NCBI GenBank assembly: GCA_963754655.1
Contig: CAVWGN010000001.1
Span: 2,112,001-2,176,000, forward strand
DNA: 64,000 nt
Origin: an uncultured Chlamydiae bacterium
Lineage (GTDB): Bacteria > Chlamydiota > Chlamydiia > Chlamydiales > Parachlamydiaceae
Reading direction: 5' to 3'
Positions within the stretch are counted from its first letter, which is position 1. Each line of letters starts with the position of its first letter. A program made the position numbers and the translations under genes. Below the pieces are notes generated by a model. That model had not been told where the DNA came from and did no database searches. It saw only the letters and a program-made list of their open reading frames with translations. Of this stretch, positions 30,335 through 40,305 are shown piece by piece.

Positions 30335-30787
30335 TTATTGAAACCGATTAAAGAAGCTTAGAGCAAAAGAGTTAACCTGTCTTGCATTTGCCGCTACGGG
30401 TGTATTTTGATAAAGATTGAGGTGGCTTACTCTTCTCGTGCCTATAATGTTTTGCCGAATAACAAATAAAATGCCTGCAACATCTTCTTCGGCATCAACA
30501 GGTTGATGATCTGGAACAGCTAGAATTTCTTGAGGCGACATTTCAGGGAGACGAGCTTCAGGAGTATCGACTCTAACTACCGTTCTGCAAAGAGGACAAG
30601 TATGTCTTTGTACTAGCCATGAACCAATACATTCTCTATGGAATATATGACTACAATCTAAAGTTCTTGGTTTTTCTCCTTCGCAAGGAGCTTGATCTTC
30701 TGCAACTATTTTTTCTAAGCAGATTGTGCAATTAGTGTCTACCACGGATGAAACACCCGGTGATTTTAGGTTAGGATCCCAGCTCAT
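30335..30787 (-). CDS. Eukaryotic-type RING-H2 finger protein (putative E3 ubiquitin ligase effector)
   Basis: CTIC-x21-CSHIFHREC-x10-CPLCR gives a full C3H2C3 ligand set with the conserved Trp (IGSWL). Confidence 0.88.
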   Translation of the reverse strand: MSWDPNLKSPGVSSVVDTNCTICLEKIVAEDQAPCEGEKPRTLDCSHIFHRECIGSWLVQRHTCPLCRTVVRVDTPEARLPEMSPQEILAVPDHQPVDAEEDVAGILFVIRQNIIGTRRVSHLNLYQNTPVAANARQVNSFALSFFNRFQ

Positions 30788-31030
30788 ATTACCTCTTATG
30801 ATTTAATGAATTTTATATTAAAAACGCAATTAATTTGCTTATTAAAAATATTTTAACACACTTTTTTTTAATATTCAATAATATTATTACTCATTTTGTT
30901 AGCCATTAAGCAAAGAGATGTTTATAAAAATCAACGAAAACGGTGTGGCCTTGCTCTCCTTTAGAGAGACCTTATAAAGAGGCGGATTAGAAAAAATTGG
31001 GTCGAATGTCTATGTCGGTAGAATTTTCAT

Positions 31031-31187
31031 AAAATCTATGGATTTCTGAAGTGGATGAAAAACGGCAACTCTTAAATTTTATATTTCAGAACTTGGAGTT
31101 AAAAGATAAAAAGCTCTCCATAACACACTACCTCAGCCCTTTAAAATGATAAAGGACACTTCCCTTGCGGAAAAGTGTCCTAGGATG

Positions 31188-31199
<12 letters not shown>
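31031..31199 (+). pseudogene. C-terminal relic of a large serine recombinase reading into the tRNA-Leu 3' end
   Basis: SEVDEKRQLLNFIFQNLELKDKKLSIT, a frameshift, then LPQPFKMIKDTSLAEKCPRMCPG*; clearly homologous to 9724-9975. Confidence 0.72.
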
Positions 31200-31269
<70 letters not shown>

Positions 31270-31282
31270 AGAAAACATGTAC

Positions 31283-31311
31283 AAGATATCTTAATTGAAG
31301 CTTTTTGTCAA
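31283..31311 (-). promoter_or_regulatory. Sigma70/66-type promoter for tRNA-Leu
   Basis: Minus strand TTGACA-N17-TATCTT ending 13 nt before the tRNA. Confidence 0.65.
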
Positions 31312-31481
31312 TTCTATTATCCTTGATTTCTCATTTAAGTGATTTCAATCTATAAATATTCAATTTTGCAAAAAAATTCATCTTTATTACATATGCAACT
31401 TTTATAAAAAGCTGGATATGGTGTAATCTTTGCATTTTATTAATATCTTTTTGCTATTTTGTCTAAAAAGTTATAACATTC

Positions 31482-32831
31482 ATGTCATTATTCTTTATGT
31501 CTATGAACATATTTTGCTTTTATTTTCTTCTTAGTGCTTTTTTTCTTTCTTACCCCATGTATTCAATAGGGTCAGAAAATTATCCACAAGCATTGTCAAT
31601 CAGTCAAATGACTGAGGTGACATTAAAAAATGGGCTTCGCGTTTGCCTTCAAAAATCAGATTTAGAGCCTAAAGAATTTGACTTTCAACTTTTTTCAGTG
31701 GGCGGTTTAGCAAGTTTGCCTATTATGGATCAACCCTCAGCTTGGTTAGCAGCAGAAATTGCATGGGAGTCTGGTTTAGATCAATTAACAGGTGACGAAT
31801 TAGCGTGCGCCCTAGATAATCATTCAGTAGAAATGAAGATTAAACTCGGTCTCTTTGATCGGCAAATTGCAGCTACAGGACCGACAACAGAACTTGCCTA
31901 TTGTTTGCGATTAACACAATTGCTTTTTACCCATCCGCAGTTCACAGAAAATGGAATAAAAGAAGCGTTGACCCATGCCCGTCAATGTCTCCAAAAAAAA
32001 GCAGAGACTAAAGAAGTTGCAGAAGAGCAAACGGCTTTAAAAATCAATTTAAGAAATTGGTATGCTATCACTCCCTACAATATTTTAGATCTTGAAAGAG
32101 TTGAACTGCAAAAAGCGCAAAAAATTTTTAAAACGTTTTTTTTCAATCCTGCTGAATTTACCTTGGTCATTGTAGGTGATTTTGAGCCCAACGACGTCAT
32201 TGTGCTCTTAGAAAAATCATTAGGTTCTTTGCCTTCTCATCCTATTAAACAATGGAATCCACCTATTCCCCCTTCATTTCCAGAAGGAGTAACAAAAAAA
32301 GAATTTGTTGGCGTTACACGTTATCGAAACAGCCTCACACGTATCACTTTTCCTCTTATGCATGTAACAGACCCTCTGACCCTCGATCTTTTATGCTTTA
32401 TTCTTAAAAGAGAATTAACCTGTGTAGCCGCTCCAGGTCACTTAGAGAAAATTTGTTTCCATGTGAGTTATTCGTTTCCTCTCTTTCCCTATTTGCAACC
32501 TTGTTGGCTTGTCATTAAATTCTCTAGTCCCGCTCATGCTATTCAACCTTTATGTCAAGGCATTCTAAAAAAGATAGAGAAGCTTAAGCAACAAGGAATA
32601 ACGGACAATGAAATCCGGTTAGCCTTTCAGGACCTAGCAGAAAAAAGAGCTGAAATTCCTAACAATGCCTACATTCTTTCTCTATTGGCTGATTTTTACC
32701 GCGCTAATTGGGATATCAAGCAAATTTACACTCTGACTAAGCAAGATCAGCAGGAAAAAGAGATGATGAAAAAGATAATAGACTGCTATCCTCATCTTGA
32801 TCAATATTCCATTATTTCTCTTCATCCTTAA
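31482..32831 (+). CDS. M16 (insulinase) family protein, probably a non-catalytic PqqL C-half-like subunit
   Basis: VTLKNGLRVCL and FFNPAEFTLVIVGDF motifs; no HxxEH seen. Confidence 0.7.
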   Translation: MSLFFMSMNIFCFYFLLSAFFLSYPMYSIGSENYPQALSISQMTEVTLKNGLRVCLQKSDLEPKEFDFQLFSVGGLASLPIMDQPSAWLAAEIAWESGLDQLTGDELACALDNHSVEMKIKLGLFDRQIAATGPTTELAYCLRLTQLLFTHPQFTENGIKEALTHARQCLQKKAETKEVAEEQTALKINLRNWYAITPYNILDLERVELQKAQKIFKTFFFNPAEFTLVIVGDFEPNDVIVLLEKSLGSLPSHPIKQWNPPIPPSFPEGVTKKEFVGVTRYRNSLTRITFPLMHVTDPLTLDLLCFILKRELTCVAAPGHLEKICFHVSYSFPLFPYLQPCWLVIKFSSPAHAIQPLCQGILKKIEKLKQQGITDNEIRLAFQDLAEKRAEIPNNAYILSLLADFYRANWDIKQIYTLTKQDQQEKEMMKKIIDCYPHLDQYSIISLHP

Positions 32832-32840
32832 AGAGTTGAT

Positions 32841-33338
32841 ATGCCCTCTTTATTGCCCGCTGCAATTGGCATTATTTTAAATGCTGACCAAACTGAAGTG
32901 ATGCTCATCAAAAGACGTGATGTGCCTGTCTGGGTTTTACCTGGAGGTGGAATAGAAAAAAATGAAACACCTGAAGAAGCTTTAATTCGGGAAATTCAAG
33001 AAGAAACAGGTTATCAAGTGCAAATTCTACGTCAATGCGCAGAATATTCTCCTATCAATCGACTAGCAGCCTTTACTTTTCTCTTTATTTGTCAAATCCA
33101 ATCAGGTTATGTCTGTCTATCTGAAGAAACAACGGCGGTTGCCTTTTACCCCCTTAACAAACTGCCTTCTTCCTTTTTTCCTCCGCACGGACGTTGGCTC
33201 TGCGAGGCATTGTCCCAAAGAGATAGAGTGATTCGAAGACCTTTAACCGAAATATCTTATAAATCTCTTTGCCAATATTTTCTTTGCCACCCCTGGCTTG
33301 TTTTACGCTTTGCTTGGACTCGTTTTACCAAGTTCTAA
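32841..33338 (+). CDS. NUDIX hydrolase
   Basis: PGGGIEKNETPEEALIREIQEETG Nudix box. Confidence 0.92.
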   Translation: MPSLLPAAIGIILNADQTEVMLIKRRDVPVWVLPGGGIEKNETPEEALIREIQEETGYQVQILRQCAEYSPINRLAAFTFLFICQIQSGYVCLSEETTAVAFYPLNKLPSSFFPPHGRWLCEALSQRDRVIRRPLTEISYKSLCQYFLCHPWLVLRFAWTRFTKF

Positions 33339-33413
33339 ATTTTTTGAGCCTTCTATTTTATTTTAAGTTTATCTAATATTCAATTTTTAGATCTTAAATT
33401 TGATCGTTTCAAA

Positions 33414-33719
33414 ATGATATTCCAACCATTTATTCAATGCGTCTTCATTCGTTCTTGGTGGGTCATAGCCTTTGTTTTTGCTTGTGCCATTTTTTATGAG
33501 CAAGGATTAAAAGAACGTGACACCTTATATCAACAGCTCACTGATCAATGTCTAAGCCTTCAGAAAGAAAAGCAAGAAGCTCTGCACCATCAACAAAATT
33601 TACAACTTCAAATCAATAGCCAAAGTGACTTGGCTTGGGTAGAATTGACTTTGATGAAAGGGCTTGGCCTAGTTCCAGAAGGACAAAAAAAGGTCTATTT
33701 TTATCTAGATAATCCTTAA
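33414..33719 (+). CDS. Small bitopic coiled-coil protein (FtsB/DivIC-like architecture)
   Basis: TM helix, coiled coil, then SDLAWVELTLMKGLGLVPEGQKKVYF. Confidence 0.6.
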   Translation: MIFQPFIQCVFIRSWWVIAFVFACAIFYEQGLKERDTLYQQLTDQCLSLQKEKQEALHHQQNLQLQINSQSDLAWVELTLMKGLGLVPEGQKKVYFYLDNP

Positions 33720-33741
33720 TAATATAATGTAGTGGGGTCTA

Positions 33742-34878
33742 CTATCTTTTTAGAGAGCGCAAACGCTCAACTATTTTGACAATAATTGCAACAGCTTGAC
33801 GGATTTCTGCTTCAGTGGTTGTACGACCCACTGAAAAACGCAGCGAGGATTGAGCTTGAGCAAGCGGAATACCCATTTCAAGCAAAATACGAGAAGGCTC
33901 TAAAGCTCCTGAAGCGCAAGCCGAACCGTGACTGGCTGAAACCCCTTCTCTATCTAAATTGATCAATAGTGTCTCTCCATCAACTCCAAGAAAAGCTAAA
34001 TTAGAGGTATTGCAAACACGTGAACCCAAACCATTGATGACGACATGATTTAAACGCGTCAGTAACTCTTGTTCGAAAAGATCGCGTAATTGACGCATAT
34101 GGTGAATCATTGATTCTTGATTTTGCTCTAAAACTGAAATCGCTTCTGCTAGTGCCACAATGCCCGGCAGATTTTCTGTTCCCGCACGTCGATTAAATTC
34201 TTGTCCTCCACCAACCAATAAAGGAAATAACTTGAGATTCTGTCGACAAATGCAAAATCCAACTCCTTTAGGAGCATGAATCTTATGTCCACTGAAAAAG
34301 AGGGCAGAAACTCCAGCGGGAAAAGAAATCTTTTCTTTTCCAAGCCAAGCAACTCCATCGACTACAAAAGGAATTCGGGCACTTTGAGCAATCGCTGCAA
34401 TCGCTTCTATATCTGTCATAACCCCTGTCTCATTATTGACTGCCATTAAGGTGATGAGGCGTGTCTGTGGAAGGATGGCTTTCTCAACATCTTCTGGAAG
34501 AACAGCTCCCCATTGCCTAGCTGGTAGAAAGGTCACTTCTGTTCCCTTTTTGCAAAATTCTTTAAGCGTGTGATAAACACAGCCATGCTCAGCTCCGGAG
34601 GAAATCACATGTTGGCTAGGATTTTGAAGCAGTAGCCCTTGAAGAAGCAAAGCTGCACCTTCTGTCCCCCCTGAAGTAAAAATAATCTCTTGCGGCTTGA
34701 CTTTAAAAAAGCGAGCGAGCTTCTGACGACTATCTTCAAGCTTGCGACGACATTGCTGTCCATGAAAATGAATACTAGAAGGATTGCCCGCTTCTTCTTG
34801 TAGTTCTTGAACTAAGACTTTTAAGACATTAGGATCCAAAGGAGTGCTGGCATTATAATCAAGATAAATTCGCTTCAT
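33742..34878 (-). CDS. nifS: Cysteine desulfurase (NifS/IscS family)
   Basis: YLDYNAST, GNPSSIH, FTSGGTE, NNETG, SGHKIHAPKG, SHGSACASG. Confidence 0.93.
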   Translation of the reverse strand: MKRIYLDYNASTPLDPNVLKVLVQELQEEAGNPSSIHFHGQQCRRKLEDSRQKLARFFKVKPQEIIFTSGGTEGAALLLQGLLLQNPSQHVISSGAEHGCVYHTLKEFCKKGTEVTFLPARQWGAVLPEDVEKAILPQTRLITLMAVNNETGVMTDIEAIAAIAQSARIPFVVDGVAWLGKEKISFPAGVSALFFSGHKIHAPKGVGFCICRQNLKLFPLLVGGGQEFNRRAGTENLPGIVALAEAISVLEQNQESMIHHMRQLRDLFEQELLTRLNHVVINGLGSRVCNTSNLAFLGVDGETLLINLDREGVSASHGSACASGALEPSRILLEMGIPLAQAQSSLRFSVGRTTTEAEIRQAVAIIVKIVERLRSLKR

Positions 34879-35638
34879 GTTTGTCTTGAACCTTTACTAA
34901 AATGAGGGTGATATTGTCATATCCCCCTTTTTGCTTAGCCTTTTTTACAAGCAAGTTTGCAGCTTCTTCTAATATAGGATACTGTTGAAGAACTTCTTGA
35001 ATTTCTTCAAAACTAACCAAATCTGAAAGCCCATCCGTACACATCAAAAAGATATCTCCTGCTTTTAAAGCAGTATGGGCAATGGCTGGCTCAACGCTGG
35101 ATTCTGTACCAATTGCTTTAGTAATAATATTTTTGTAAAGGAACTCCTCTGCTTGCTGTTCGCTTAATTGTCCTAATTCAATTAATTCACGCAATAGAGA
35201 GTGATCTTGCGTCAGCTGCTGCAGCTTACTATCGCTAAAATGATAGATGCGACTATCTCCTACATGTCCATAAATTAATCCTTGCGAATGAAAAAATAGA
35301 CAGCATAAAGTCGTCCCCATTCCTTTTAAAGGGGGATTTTCTCTTCCCAACCGATAGATCATCAGGTTAACTTCTTGAATCAATTCTTTGATTAACCCTT
35401 CGGTTTCCGCCATTTCTTTATGAGAGGTACTCAGACGCTGCTGAAATAAAAGACAGAGTTGTTCGACTGTTTCTTTAGAAGCCACTTCTCCTGCTTGGTG
35501 ACCTCCCATACCATCTGCTAAGACGAAGAATTGTTCATTCTTCAATAGTTTGCACGAATCTTCATTATTCTGACGAATAAGTCCGATATCTGAAACACAA
35601 TAGACCGATAATTGATAAAGCATTACTTGAAAGGCCAT
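34859..35638 (-). CDS. PP2C-type Ser/Thr protein phosphatase
   Basis: RQNNED, LADGMGGH, GMGTT, HVGDSR, TQDHS, CTDGL, GGYDNIT. Confidence 0.93.
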   Translation of the reverse strand: MAFQVMLYQLSVYCVSDIGLIRQNNEDSCKLLKNEQFFVLADGMGGHQAGEVASKETVEQLCLLFQQRLSTSHKEMAETEGLIKELIQEVNLMIYRLGRENPPLKGMGTTLCCLFFHSQGLIYGHVGDSRIYHFSDSKLQQLTQDHSLLRELIELGQLSEQQAEEFLYKNIITKAIGTESSVEPAIAHTALKAGDIFLMCTDGLSDLVSFEEIQEVLQQYPILEEAANLLVKKAKQKGGYDNITLILVKVQDKHEANLS

Positions 35639-35801
35639 AATTATGGGTAGCCATGCGAACGGCTTTAGTTAGACTATTCGCCTGATTTTATCAGGTTTTT
35701 ACCTCATTAGTCCCTTCATTTTACTAAAAAATTCTTTCTATGTGAACATTTTTGCGTCTTATCTTTGTTCTTTCTCTCAACTTTTGGGTTAAAATGCCCC
35801 T

Positions 35802-37049
35802 TTATGGCAAAGAGAGTCGCCCCATAAAAACAATCGAATCTGTTTTTTGATCCCAAATGATAAAGGTAAAAGGACGATCTGCAATAAATTCATAGGCGGA
35901 TTCAGTCTTTACTGTTTTTACTGATTTGCTCCTTCCTCTTGATGCCGTGATATCTACACCCTTTTCCTCTAATCGAATGCCAGCCTTATGAATAGCTTGA
36001 TTTAAATACACTCCTTTTTCTTCAGTTATTGCCGAAAAATCAGCCGCGGAACTAAAGACCGAGTGAAAGCCCATGGATTTTAATACAGGTTCTAAATTTA
36101 AACGCTTTTCAATGCGAAAACGAGGAAGAACCAACGTCACTTTTTGACTTTGTAGCTGGCTTTGCCATTGCCGCCAGTTTTCCCAAGTCAAATTCTTTTC
36201 CAATTCAATCAAGGGAACATTTTTTTGAGGCAAAAAAATTGCCATCGCTAATTGTGCTCCTTGATCTGCTTTCTCAAAGGGCAAAACGAGCATGTCCCAC
36301 TGCTCTCCTTTCCAAAGCAAATAATCCGCAGTATTTTGCATCATATCAACTAAAAAGGTTCGCTGAGCTGTTAAGTAAAAGGACTGTCGCTTGGTAAGAG
36401 AGGGATCAAATGGGCTAGCCCATTGTTCTTTCATCCATGCTGCCGTTGTCAACATCATCCGTGTATTCATTGTGGCATCTTGCGTTGAAACCATATTATT
36501 GATTTTTTCATTGGTCTGCTGCAAAACCCATTGATTCATCTTTTGAATCGATCGACTCAAATCATGCTGAAAATCCAACAGCTGCACAGCTGTTCTAAAA
36601 TTGCGTAACAATGTTTGCTTAAAAGAGGGTAAAATAAGCAGACTTTGGTCTATCCAAAGTGCATTGGCTAGGAAGACTTGATTCGCACTCTTGGATGTTG
36701 AGGACTTCTGTAATGACTCATTGAGATCTCCTATAAATAATAGTAAGCTAGGAGAATAGCGAAAAGCATGTTGAAACTGATGAGCAGTCTCTCCCTTGGC
36801 TCCTACAGCAGCCAAACCCAAGCCTGTGACAATACTATAAGAAGAAAAATAAAGATTGCCAGGTTGAGTTCTCAAATGCTGGTAAAGATCAAACGCAAAT
36901 CGATTATTGCCTTGCACAAGCAACTGAAAATGTTGAACTTCTGATTCACTTAAAGTAGACAAAGGCGCTTTAGTATTTTCCTCCTGCGCTCCTACTCCAC
37001 TCCAAAGCAAGCAACTCAAGCAACAGAGACAAACAGTGATCATATGCAT
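35802..37049 (-). CDS. Serpin family protein, probably secreted
   Basis: NNRFAFDLY, FSSYSI, LANALW, MAIFLP, LPRFRIE, FIADRPFTFIIWD...IVFMGRL; signal-like N-terminus. Confidence 0.9.
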   Translation of the reverse strand: MHMITVCLCCLSCLLWSGVGAQEENTKAPLSTLSESEVQHFQLLVQGNNRFAFDLYQHLRTQPGNLYFSSYSIVTGLGLAAVGAKGETAHQFQHAFRYSPSLLLFIGDLNESLQKSSTSKSANQVFLANALWIDQSLLILPSFKQTLLRNFRTAVQLLDFQHDLSRSIQKMNQWVLQQTNEKINNMVSTQDATMNTRMMLTTAAWMKEQWASPFDPSLTKRQSFYLTAQRTFLVDMMQNTADYLLWKGEQWDMLVLPFEKADQGAQLAMAIFLPQKNVPLIELEKNLTWENWRQWQSQLQSQKVTLVLPRFRIEKRLNLEPVLKSMGFHSVFSSAADFSAITEEKGVYLNQAIHKAGIRLEEKGVDITASRGRSKSVKTVKTESAYEFIADRPFTFIIWDQKTDSIVFMGRLSLP

Positions 37050-37059
37050 GATTTCTTCC

Positions 37060-37947
37060 TTACAGGTTAGGTTGTTGAAAAATCATAAAAAGACTCATCA
37101 AATTAAAAAAAGCATGCAATCCCACAGAAGCCCATAGTGAACGTTGACGTTCATAAAGATATCCCAACATGCACGATAACAGGAATAAAGAGGAAAGTAA
37201 CTCGATATTTGTCATTCCTTGTCGGCTCGAATAGTGAAAAAGAGCAAAAATAAGAGAGGAAAGGAGAATTGCACTCGTCGTATTTTGAAATTTACGCTTA
37301 AGCCAGGATTGCAAAAGTCCACGAAAGAGAACTTCTTCAGTAAAGGGAACTAACGTAATGACTGTCAACGAAGTTAATCCAAAAAGAAGAGGATCAGCCA
37401 TGGCATGCCGCAAATTTTGCACAGCGACTTGTTCAACAAATGGTTGATGAAAGACATGCCAAAGACCTAAGGATAATCCTTGACTAACAGCAAGAACAAG
37501 CGGATAGCTGACGAACCAAGCAGCAACGCCAATTCCCACATGACTATACCAAGGCGTAGCCGTTTGCTGCCAAAGCTGTTGACGTTGAGTCACTGGTAAT
37601 TCCAGGTAAGCGGCAAGAACCCCTCCAAAGCCTCCGAGTATAATGAATAAATTAAGCCATCCTTTCATTTGAAAAGTGAGGTGCAGGTTTTGAGGATTTT
37701 TTCCTGCTAAAACAAAGATAAGGCTTGCGAGGACAGGAATGAGCAGGAGTTCAATGAAAAGGAAAAATCCAAATCCTTTTAAAACATCTTTTCCTCGAAT
37801 GACAGGGAAAGGGCTAGCTTGAAAGGATTTAAACAATCCTTTACGCCAAGCAATGCCTAGCGCCAATAGAGCCACAACCAAGGCCCACAAAAAAATCATT
37901 TCTTTTTCTAGTAACTGTGTCTGTATCTCATTTGCTTCAGTCATCAT
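37060..37947 (-). CDS. CPBP (CAAX/Abi) intramembrane metalloprotease
   Basis: PFTEEVLFRG, FALFH, LHAFFN motifs. Confidence 0.9.
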   Translation of the reverse strand: MMTEANEIQTQLLEKEMIFLWALVVALLALGIAWRKGLFKSFQASPFPVIRGKDVLKGFGFFLFIELLLIPVLASLIFVLAGKNPQNLHLTFQMKGWLNLFIILGGFGGVLAAYLELPVTQRQQLWQQTATPWYSHVGIGVAAWFVSYPLVLAVSQGLSLGLWHVFHQPFVEQVAVQNLRHAMADPLLFGLTSLTVITLVPFTEEVLFRGLLQSWLKRKFQNTTSAILLSSLIFALFHYSSRQGMTNIELLSSLFLLSCMLGYLYERQRSLWASVGLHAFFNLMSLFMIFQQPNL

Positions 37948-38015
37948 CTTGTTCCTTCATAGACTCTAATCCATAAATCTTTTACATTTTCATTTATCTA
38001 ATTAGTTTAATAGGA

Positions 38016-39011
38016 ATGAATATGCCAGAAAAACGTCTTAATATCATCAAGGAGATATCTGAAAATTCTTTTTTCGAACAAGTGCCTTATTACAACTCTC
38101 GCAATACGCGAGCAAAAGAATTACAAGCGAAATTTGAGCGCCTTTGGCTAGTTGATTCAGAACGCTTTAATCCCTTGCGCAATTGCATGGAAAGGGAACG
38201 TTTAGAGAGAACCTGGCAATTATTGACTAAACATGTGACTCTTGCCGGCCATCTCACAATTGATATCGGTTGTGGTGCTGGAGTCTTTACGCGCCGTTTA
38301 CGTGACGCAGGAGCGCGAGTCGAAGCCGTCGATATTGCTGAAAATGCTTTAAAGAAATTTAAAGAAATAGGCGCGGACGGCATTCAACTCAAACAAGAGA
38401 CTATGCCAACAACCGATTTACCTGATAATGGATATCAAGTGATTATCTGTACGGAATTAATTGCCGAAATTCCAACCGAAGATTATCGTCTATTTTTTGC
38501 TGAACTTTCTCGTCTTATCCAACCAGATGGCCTTTTAATCTGCTCAAGCCCCATTGACATTGATAGCATAGGAGGAGTCGAAAGACTAATTGAATTAGCT
38601 CAATCGGAATTTGACATTATTGAAAATGTCGTCAGCTATCATGCCCTCTATTTGCGTTTAAAACATCTTTTGGAAGCTCCTTCTCGATTCACTAAAGGGT
38701 GGCAGGATTCCGAATATAAACGCAAAGCAATGATTGCGCGCAAAGGATTTAACCGCTTGTGGTTTTGGCTCAATACCACTCCCCTGCTCGTCTGGTTTTG
38801 GTACATTTGCAATCCTTGCACACATCCCATTCGCAAATTCCTCAAAAATAACCGCAAATGCTTATTGATGTTAGAAAAAATGTGCCATTTTCTATGGGAT
38901 CAAGATGGAATCAGTCATTATCTCTTTATTGCGAAAAGGCGACCTCTACCCTCTATTAATCTGAATGACATCCCCATTGAAAAGCCTAGGAGAAAAGAAG
39001 TTTGGGATTAG
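38016..39011 (+). CDS. Class I SAM-dependent methyltransferase
   Basis: IDIGCGAG motif I, AVDIAENAL, ELSRLIQPDG. Confidence 0.85.
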   Translation: MNMPEKRLNIIKEISENSFFEQVPYYNSRNTRAKELQAKFERLWLVDSERFNPLRNCMERERLERTWQLLTKHVTLAGHLTIDIGCGAGVFTRRLRDAGARVEAVDIAENALKKFKEIGADGIQLKQETMPTTDLPDNGYQVIICTELIAEIPTEDYRLFFAELSRLIQPDGLLICSSPIDIDSIGGVERLIELAQSEFDIIENVVSYHALYLRLKHLLEAPSRFTKGWQDSEYKRKAMIARKGFNRLWFWLNTTPLLVWFWYICNPCTHPIRKFLKNNRKCLLMLEKMCHFLWDQDGISHYLFIAKRRPLPSINLNDIPIEKPRRKEVWD

Positions 39012-39041
39012 GAAGATTTGATTATTTTCTTTTGATTAAAG

Positions 39042-39138
39042 AACCGGAGATTATCTCAAGGCATAAACATCATCCTTAAGGCTGCTACATTCCTGTCCTG
39101 ACCTGGTTCGAACTGTTTTATTCCATGAGGTCCCCGGT
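39042..39138 (-). ncRNA. ffs: Signal recognition particle RNA (4.5S)
   Basis: Reverse complement CCGGGGACCTC...GAACCAGGTCAGGACAGGAATGTAGCAGCC...GAGATAATCTCCGG has the helix-8 TCAGG-GGAA-AGCAG motif and paired ends. Confidence 0.88.
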
Positions 39139-39209
39139 AAAATATTTGCGACGGATGAACTCTTATGCTATAACAATAACAACTTCTTAAAATAAACTCA
39201 AATGTCTTT

Positions 39210-40295
39210 ATGCAAAAAGCAATTTTTATTGCCGCAACGGGGCAGAATGTAGGTAAGACAACTCTCTGCTTAGGAATTTTGGCAGCTTTGCACAAGCGTT
39301 TTTCCAAAGTAGGTTTTATTAAACCTGTTGGTCAACAGCATGTTAAAGTGATGGATAATCTCAATGTCGATAAAGACGTCATCCTTTTTAAAGAATACTT
39401 TGGACTGCAATCTCACTATGCAGACATGAGCCCCGTCATCCTTCCTTCCGGCTTTACTCGTGATTTTTTAGATCAAAAAGTGCAAGTGAGCTCAATTGAA
39501 GAGGCAATTAAGAAAGCGTTTGCCAAAATTTCCCAGCATCATGATTTTACTATTGTTGAAGGAACAGGGCATATTGGGGTGGGTTCCATTATTCAAATGA
39601 ATAATGCCAAAGTCGCAGCCCTCTTAGGATTGGAAGTCATCATCATTGCGTGTGGCGGATTAGGATCTTCTTATGATGAACTCGCGTTAAATATTACAAT
39701 GTGCCAAGCTTATGGTGTTAAGGTGCGTGGCATCATTTTAAATCGCGTCTTAGAAGATAAACGCACTATGATTGAAAAATACTTTCCCAAAGCTCTAAAT
39801 GATTGGAATATTCCTCTGATTGGCTGTGTGCCCTATAATGCCTTTTTAAACGCTCCCACTCTCAAAGATTTTGAAATTCTCTTTCAAACGCAACTCATTG
39901 CGGGAAAAAAACATCCTTATTGTCATTTTCAACATCCACGCCTTGTTGCTGGCTCATTAGAGGCTTATCAAGAAGAAACCAATCCCAATGAACTCATTAT
40001 TACGCCTGCGAGTCGAGAAGACATTATTTTGGCTACTTTAAAACGGCAGCAGCAATCCCATCAAAAACAGCCTGTTTATGGCATCATTTTGACTGGAAGG
40101 CAACCTCCGAGCTCTTTCATTATTGATCAAATCAAGAAAATTGATCTACCAGCGCTATATGCCCCAGTTTGCAGTTATGATGCCATGAAAATGATTACTT
40201 CATTTACAGCTAAAATTCGCGGAGAAGATTTGCCTAAAATTGAACAAGCTATTCAACTCGTGGAACAAAATCTCAACTTTGACATTCTTCTTTAA
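39210..40295 (+). CDS. BioD-like AAA plus DRTGG domain protein (phosphotransacetylase N-terminal-like)
   Basis: ATGQNVGKTT, GFIKPVGQ, IVEGTGH, GIILNRV, LIITPASREDII. Confidence 0.82.
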   Translation: MQKAIFIAATGQNVGKTTLCLGILAALHKRFSKVGFIKPVGQQHVKVMDNLNVDKDVILFKEYFGLQSHYADMSPVILPSGFTRDFLDQKVQVSSIEEAIKKAFAKISQHHDFTIVEGTGHIGVGSIIQMNNAKVAALLGLEVIIIACGGLGSSYDELALNITMCQAYGVKVRGIILNRVLEDKRTMIEKYFPKALNDWNIPLIGCVPYNAFLNAPTLKDFEILFQTQLIAGKKHPYCHFQHPRLVAGSLEAYQEETNPNELIITPASREDIILATLKRQQQSHQKQPVYGIILTGRQPPSSFIIDQIKKIDLPALYAPVCSYDAMKMITSFTAKIRGEDLPKIEQAIQLVEQNLNFDILL

Positions 40296-40305
40296 GAGAC
40301 AACAC

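Noticed and set aside
9736..31187. One 21-kb island spanning tRNA-Ser to tRNA-Leu
   Set aside because: The two recombinase relics target different tRNAs in opposite orientation, and the middle holds ordinary housekeeping-type genes; two separate small remnants fit better.
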